Source of the DNA: Candidatus Poribacteria bacterium
Lineage (GTDB): Bacteria; Poribacteria; WGA-4E; PCPOR2b
Length of the DNA: 64,000 bases
Assembly: GCA_965198175.1 (NCBI GenBank)
Contig: OZ240245.1
Span: 3,488,001 to 3,552,000 of the forward strand
Reading direction: 5' to 3'
The notes under the pieces were generated by a model. That model was not told the origin of the DNA. It saw nothing but the letters and a program-made list of their open reading frames with translations, and searched no databases. Positions within the stretch are counted from its first letter, which is position 1; each line of letters begins with the position of its first letter. Of this stretch, positions 59,080 to 64,000 are shown piece after piece. The translations under genes and the position numbers were made by a program.

Positions 59080-59400
59080 TCATAACGGAATAGGACGGGC
59101 TATCGCATCCAGAAACGCCGGTTGTGATGATAAAACCACATTCCACTCACGGATGTGAATCTCTGGCCATAGATTGGCCTGATAGTAGGGATCTTCCTGA
59201 ATTATCTTCTCTACTTCCATCTGAGATTCCGCCCGGAACACAATAAGCCCGCCATCATATGCGTCCGCCCATGGACCGGACATAATGATTCGGCCAGCGT
59301 CTCTGAGTTCGTAAAAGTGCTTCAGATGCGCCTCACGATAAGGTTTGCGCCGTTCCATGGCATTGGGTACAAAGGTGAAGATGACTGCATACGTATTCAT
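59080..59400 (-). CDS. YciI family protein
   Basis: R..HL, SGP, DPY. Confidence 0.85.
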   Translation of the reverse strand: MNTYAVIFTFVPNAMERRKPYREAHLKHFYELRDAGRIIMSGPWADAYDGGLIVFRAESQMEVEKIIQEDPYYQANLWPEIHIREWNVVLSSQPAFLDAIARPIPL

Positions 59401-59655
59401 AGCTTTCCCCCGGGAATTAAGCTGTCGTAATTATAACAGATGAGAGATAACTTTACCTGCTAAAATATAAATCACAATGTTCTGAAACTATCTGATCATT
59501 GAACATATACTACCTCATTCTTTACACCAAATCATTTTCATTCGTGTTGAAGCTGTCTTCTAAATCTGGTACAATAAAAGTGAATCCGCGGTAGGAAACA
59601 GAGGCGGGCAGGGAGAAATTAAACCCTTCCACCCATTTATGATACATTAACGCAG

Positions 59656-60936
59656 TTGAAGGAAACAATCCAAAAGGTTAATCCATTGAAAATCGCATAT
59701 TTTGATTGCTTCTCGGGCATCAGTGGAGATATGGCGCTAGGTGCGTTAGTTGATGTAGGTGTCCGACCAGACGCACTGAATGTGGAGTTAGCAAAATTAA
59801 AACTTGACGAATTTACCTTGTATTTCGAAAAGACAACTAAACATGGAATTGCGGGCACACGAGCAATCGTGGAAATAACCGAATCACAATCAGTGTCTTC
59901 GCGCTCCAAGACTCATCACAGCGACTCCCATCACCATGGACACACCCATCAGCCAAGTCGATGCCTCTCCGACGTTCTTACTATCCTTGACAACAGCAAT
60001 CTTGAGGATAGAATTGTTACGTGTGCAAAACAGATTTTCGATCGGCTCGCAGAAGCGGAGGCAAGAGTCCACGACATGCCCAAAGATAGGGTTCACCTAC
60101 ACGAGGTCAGCGGTGTCGATTCGATGGTGGACATCGTGGGCGTTGTGATTGGATTACATCTATTGGGAATCGAGGAGATTTATGCCTCTCCATTATTGAT
60201 GGGAAGTGGGTTTGTCCGCTGCGCTCATGGACTGATGCCAGTTCCGGCGCCAGGGACGCTTGAACTGCTGCGGGGCGTCCCTGTACATCAAACCGAAATC
60301 CGCAAAGAGTTAGTGACTCCCACCGGCGCAGCGATTGTCACAGCCCTCGGACGTGGATTTGGACCTATGCCAGCAATGGTCATTGATCGAGTCGGGTACG
60401 GTGCAGGAACGCGTAACCTTGAGGAACAACCCAACCTCCTACGTATTGTTACCGGTGAAAAGAGAAGCGACTTGGAGCACGATCAGGTCTGTCTCATCGA
60501 AACGAACCTTGATGACCTTTCCCCAGAGATTATGGCTTACGTGACGGAGAAGCTTTTTGAACAGGGCGCGCTTGATGTTTTCCTGACACCAATCTTGATG
60601 AAGAAAGGGCGAGCGGCGACGAAACTGAGTGTGCTCGCCAACGTCACGCTCCAAGAGGCTATGATGGAAACCCTCCTCATGGAAACAACAACATTTGGTG
60701 TCAGATTTTCCGCCGTTGAAAGATTTAAACTCTCCCGCCATTTCACTGAAGTCAAAACACGATGGGGAGTCGTTCGAGTGAAACACGGGTATTCCGGAGA
60801 CAAGCTACTCAAAAGTATACCCGAATACGAGGATTGTAAACGTCTTGCCGAACAGAATCACATTCCACTCAAAGAGATTTATGAGGAAGCCATCCGTTGC
60901 CTGCATATTAAAGATTCCACAAATCACGACAATTAA
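59656..60936 (+). CDS. larC: Nickel pincer cofactor biosynthesis protein (Ni insertase)
   Basis: FDCFSGISGDM, His-rich insert, HLHEV, PVPAP, TPTGAA, ETNLDD, MKKGR, PEYED. Confidence 0.95.
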   Translation: MKETIQKVNPLKIAYFDCFSGISGDMALGALVDVGVRPDALNVELAKLKLDEFTLYFEKTTKHGIAGTRAIVEITESQSVSSRSKTHHSDSHHHGHTHQPSRCLSDVLTILDNSNLEDRIVTCAKQIFDRLAEAEARVHDMPKDRVHLHEVSGVDSMVDIVGVVIGLHLLGIEEIYASPLLMGSGFVRCAHGLMPVPAPGTLELLRGVPVHQTEIRKELVTPTGAAIVTALGRGFGPMPAMVIDRVGYGAGTRNLEEQPNLLRIVTGEKRSDLEHDQVCLIETNLDDLSPEIMAYVTEKLFEQGALDVFLTPILMKKGRAATKLSVLANVTLQEAMMETLLMETTTFGVRFSAVERFKLSRHFTEVKTRWGVVRVKHGYSGDKLLKSIPEYEDCKRLAEQNHIPLKEIYEEAIRCLHIKDSTNHDN

Positions 60937-61309
60937 CCGCTGAACACCTACTATATACAATCAAGATTGTATATAAGATTTTGCATCAGAATCAGCGTGA
61001 ATTCGGTTATAGGATAATCCTAGTTGACTCACATACAATTGGTAACTATTTTTACACATATTTGTTTCACTTGCATAAAAATAACAACAATGCTAGAATA
61101 AGAGAATATGAAATTCAGTTGCTTTCAGTATTCACCTCGGGTGCCAATGAAACACTATTGAGTTGAAGTTGTGTAATCGTCAATATGGTAGACAGTGACG
61201 GCTTCCGATGTCCTCGATTTCGATCGAGGTGAACAGAGGTGTCAGAAAACGTGTCGAAGAAGCACGAAGATGAGCAAATCTGAGTGAGAATCAACGATTA
61301 CGGCAAACG

Positions 61310-61759
61310 ATGAGAGTTGTTATTCAACGGGTTAAATCTGCAAGTGTAATGGTGGAGGGAGAACGTATTTCTGAGATTCGTCAGGGATTGCTTATTTTCC
61401 TCGGTGTTGCGCAGGAGGATACTTCCGACGATGTCGATTATCTGGCAAACAAGATTGCCAATCTCCGGATTTTCGAAGACAAAGCGGGCCGGATGAACAG
61501 ATCGTTACTAGAGAGTGGTGGTGAAATCCTTGTTGTTTCTCAATTTACGCTCTACGGAGATTGTCGCAAGGGGAGACGACCAAGCTTCATCGCAGCGGCG
61601 CATCCAGATAAGGGAATAATACTCTATCAAGAATTTATAGAAGCCATCACAAAGCTGGGCGTGCCGGTTAAAACGGGTATTTTTCAGGCGATGATGGATG
61701 TCCAGTTGATTAACGATGGACCCGTAACGATAATGCTTGACAGCAGTAAGCTGTTTTAA
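61310..61759 (+). CDS. dtd: D-aminoacyl-tRNA deacylase
   Basis: [19 protein letters not shown]. Confidence 0.97.
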   Translation: MRVVIQRVKSASVMVEGERISEIRQGLLIFLGVAQEDTSDDVDYLANKIANLRIFEDKAGRMNRSLLESGGEILVVSQFTLYGDCRKGRRPSFIAAAHPDKGIILYQEFIEAITKLGVPVKTGIFQAMMDVQLINDGPVTIMLDSSKLF

Positions 61760-61936
61760 TACTTCAGCACATAACGCTTTATGGCAATCCGTGTTTTGGA
61801 GGTGTCCGAATCGCAGTTCAGATTGATAGGTACTGAGATGAACGATCACCGTTGCGTTGCCGAATGTGCATCAAAACCAGCAGAGATGAAATTCAATCGG
61901 CAAAGATTGATCTCAATGTGCCGATTCGCTTCTTCT

Positions 61937-62080
61937 CTACCAATTCCATCTGGATAGTTTTACCCGCTTATTCTTTCTAGAGACTTTAAAATTGCCGCAG
62001 GGCGGGCAAAACGGAGTGTCCTTCCAGCGTATTTTCTCTAGGTGTTCTAAGCAGCTTTCTTCAGTTGGGAGTGTTTCCAT
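61937..62080 (-). pseudogene. IS1595-family transposase N-terminal zinc-ribbon remnant
   Basis: METLPTEESCLEHLEKIRWKDTPFCPPCG... followed by a stop. Confidence 0.7.
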
Positions 62081-62180
62081 AATTTTGCTATCTACTATGA
62101 ATACACGTTTGGATAAATTGATTTTGGATGTTCTTTTTACTCATTAACTATGAATTGCGTTAATTTTTAAGGATAGTAAT

Positions 62181-62480
62181 ATGTACAAGGATATAATAAG
62201 TTAGAAGTTAGCAGAGAATATTTCTGAAGAGCATTTGTTAAATGTTGCAACTGATATTACAAAAAATTGGATGCGCAAACAGTCCGGTTTTATTAAATGG
62301 GAAATTCACAAAAACAACAATGGAGATTATACCGACATTGTTTATTGGAAATCAAAGGGCGATGCAAAAAAGGCAGAAGCAGACATGGTGAATATCCCAA
62401 ATGCTAATGATTGGTATTCTTGCTATGAGAAAGGTTCAATTTCTAGTAAAAATCTAAATCAGGTAGCAACATTTCATTAA
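62181..62480 (+). pseudogene. ABM-like dimeric alpha/beta barrel protein with in-frame TAG at codon 8
   Basis: AAGGA RBS, then MYKDIIS*KLAENISEEHLL...QSGFIKW...DIVYWKS. Confidence 0.55.
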
Positions 62481-62493
62481 GTAAGGATGATTT

Positions 62494-63465
62494 ATGGAAC
62501 GTCAAATGCGGCTCGGCTTGGGTCAATTCAGCCAGTTAAGCGAAGAACGGCTCAAGTTTATCAAACAACTTGGCGTTGATGATGTCCTTCTCAATACCCC
62601 AGAGTTACCCGGTGACACACACTGGGAATTTGAGGATGTGCTGCACCTACGGACCCAGATTGAAAATGCAGGTTTACGGTTAGGTGCTCTTGAGAATGTT
62701 CCGATTCAATTCTACGACAAGATTATGCTCGGTTTGCCCGGTCGGGACGAACAAATTGAGAACATGGCAACCACCATCCGCAATATGGGTCGAGCAGGTG
62801 TAGAGACCTTCGGTTACCATTGGATGCCCAATGGTGTGTGGCGCACGTCCAGTACAACCCCCAGTCGGGGCGGTGCATCCGTCACGAGCTTCGACCTGAC
62901 GCTTGTCGAAGATGCGTCGCTCTCTCATGGACAGGTCTTCGGCGAAGAAGAAATGTGGGATAACTATGAATACTACATGAAGGCGATTCTCCCGGTTGCA
63001 GAGGAGGCTGGTGTGAAACTTGCGCTTCACCCAGATGATCCACCAGTGGAATCGTTAGCTGGCGTGCCACGACTTTTCCGTAACTTTGAGGGATTCAAGA
63101 GAGGGATGGAGATTGGAGACAGCCCTATGCATGGTTTGGACTTCTGCGTCGGTTCATGGTCGGAGATGGGACCGGGAGTAATTGATGCGATTCGGTACTT
63201 CGGAGAGCGAGGCAAAATCTTTTACGTTCACTTCCGGGATGTCCAGGGCTATGTGCCCAAATTTGCGGAATCCTTCGTCAATGAAGGCAACTGCGATATG
63301 TTTGAAGTCATGAAGACCTTGAAGTCAGTCGGCTTTAACGGGTTCATGATTCCCGATCACGTCCCCAATGTCGTAGATGATACGCTATGGGCACATCGAG
63401 GGCGGGCGTATACGATTGGGTATATGACGGCTTTCCTTGAAATGTTGAATGCAGAAACCGGGTAA
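62494..63465 (+). CDS. uxuA: Mannonate dehydratase family
   Basis: LALHPDDPP, FC.GS, HFRD, PDH.P. Confidence 0.85.
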   Translation: MERQMRLGLGQFSQLSEERLKFIKQLGVDDVLLNTPELPGDTHWEFEDVLHLRTQIENAGLRLGALENVPIQFYDKIMLGLPGRDEQIENMATTIRNMGRAGVETFGYHWMPNGVWRTSSTTPSRGGASVTSFDLTLVEDASLSHGQVFGEEEMWDNYEYYMKAILPVAEEAGVKLALHPDDPPVESLAGVPRLFRNFEGFKRGMEIGDSPMHGLDFCVGSWSEMGPGVIDAIRYFGERGKIFYVHFRDVQGYVPKFAESFVNEGNCDMFEVMKTLKSVGFNGFMIPDHVPNVVDDTLWAHRGRAYTIGYMTAFLEMLNAETG

Positions 63466-63514
63466 TCCGATTCTCTGATGTTCATCCACTTATTTCCCAA
63501 ACACGAGGTATACC

Positions 63515-64000
63515 ATGAAACAAATCGTCGTAGTTGCCCACGACGAATTTACAGATGCAACCGTGGAAGAAGATGTGCTTAGCGCCGTTGGAGCAACCGT
63601 ATTATACCCCCGTAACCTCGATACCCCACAAGCGATTGAAGCAGCCATCGGAGCTGATGCTTTAATTGTCGCAAGACAGAGAGTATCCATTAAGTTGTTG
63701 GGAAATATGCGTCGGTGTCGTATTGTGAGCCGCGCGGGTACAGGCGTTGACAACATTGATGTCGGCGCGGCGACCAAATACGGCATCTGGGTGACCAATG
63801 TGCCCGATTACTCCGTGGATGAAGTGTCCACGCACACCATCGCGTTGCTGCTCGCCCACGTCAGACGCATCCCGCGTTTGGTGGAATTAACCCGCCAGGG
63901 AATATGGGATTCGATGCGGGTTCGCCCCCTTGAACGGCTTGCAGGTCAGACACTCGGTATTTTGGGATTGGGCCGAATTGGTCGCGCTGTTGCGAAAAAA
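63515..64000 (+). CDS. D-isomer-specific 2-hydroxyacid dehydrogenase (CtBP-like); runs off the window
   Basis: GTGVDNID, NVPDYSVDEVSTH, GILGLGRIG. Confidence 0.88.
   Translation, partial: MKQIVVVAHDEFTDATVEEDVLSAVGATVLYPRNLDTPQAIEAAIGADALIVARQRVSIKLLGNMRRCRIVSRAGTGVDNIDVGAATKYGIWVTNVPDYSVDEVSTHTIALLLAHVRRIPRLVELTRQGIWDSMRVRPLERLAGQTLGILGLGRIGRAVAKK

Noticed and set aside
62202..62204. Pyrrolysine readthrough of the TAG
   Set aside because: No pyl genes in view, the position is not catalytic, and it lies in a decaying insert
1..64000. CRISPR array, rRNA or tRNA genes
   Set aside because: No regularly spaced repeat-spacer series or recognisable structural RNA was found by eye; a covariance search would be needed to exclude small RNAs

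Overview
Bacterial chromosomal window, most likely Candidatus Poribacteria or a relative. This is inferred from LamG proteins with a C-terminal 'LAVxPxGxLxxTWGxxK' tail, plus PhyH and FGE-sulfatase genes. Left part: a P-type ATPase whose catalytic motifs are all eroded, a tandem-duplicated class V FBP aldolase/phosphatase, and an 8-gene minus-strand corrinoid methyltransferase cluster (hypothetical, MtaA/CmuA-type MT, corrinoid protein, RamA/ASKHA activator, pterin-binding MT, PF13769-like protein, Ldh_2 oxidoreductase, homocysteine MT). A duplicated promoter/operator links this cluster to a FadR regulator about 5.7 kb away, across a GC-rich LamG/glycoside-hydrolase insert. Middle: housekeeping genes (trpF, prs, comF, ABC transporter) and an AT-rich ~9.2 kb island bounded by a 15-bp direct repeat. 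The island carries a phage late-control D gene, a VirE-N/primase-like gene, a MITE-like element, a ClpP-like protease, an IS5-family element and a His-rich lipoprotein, with no recognisable integrase. Right part: lpxK, miaA, ccmB/ccmC, a K+ channel, a UGA-containing peroxiredoxin-like selenoprotein missed by the ORF track, rsmI, murK-murQ, a BKACE cluster, larC, dtd and uxuA. No rRNA, tRNA or CRISPR array was seen. All calls come from reading motifs by eye; no searches were run.
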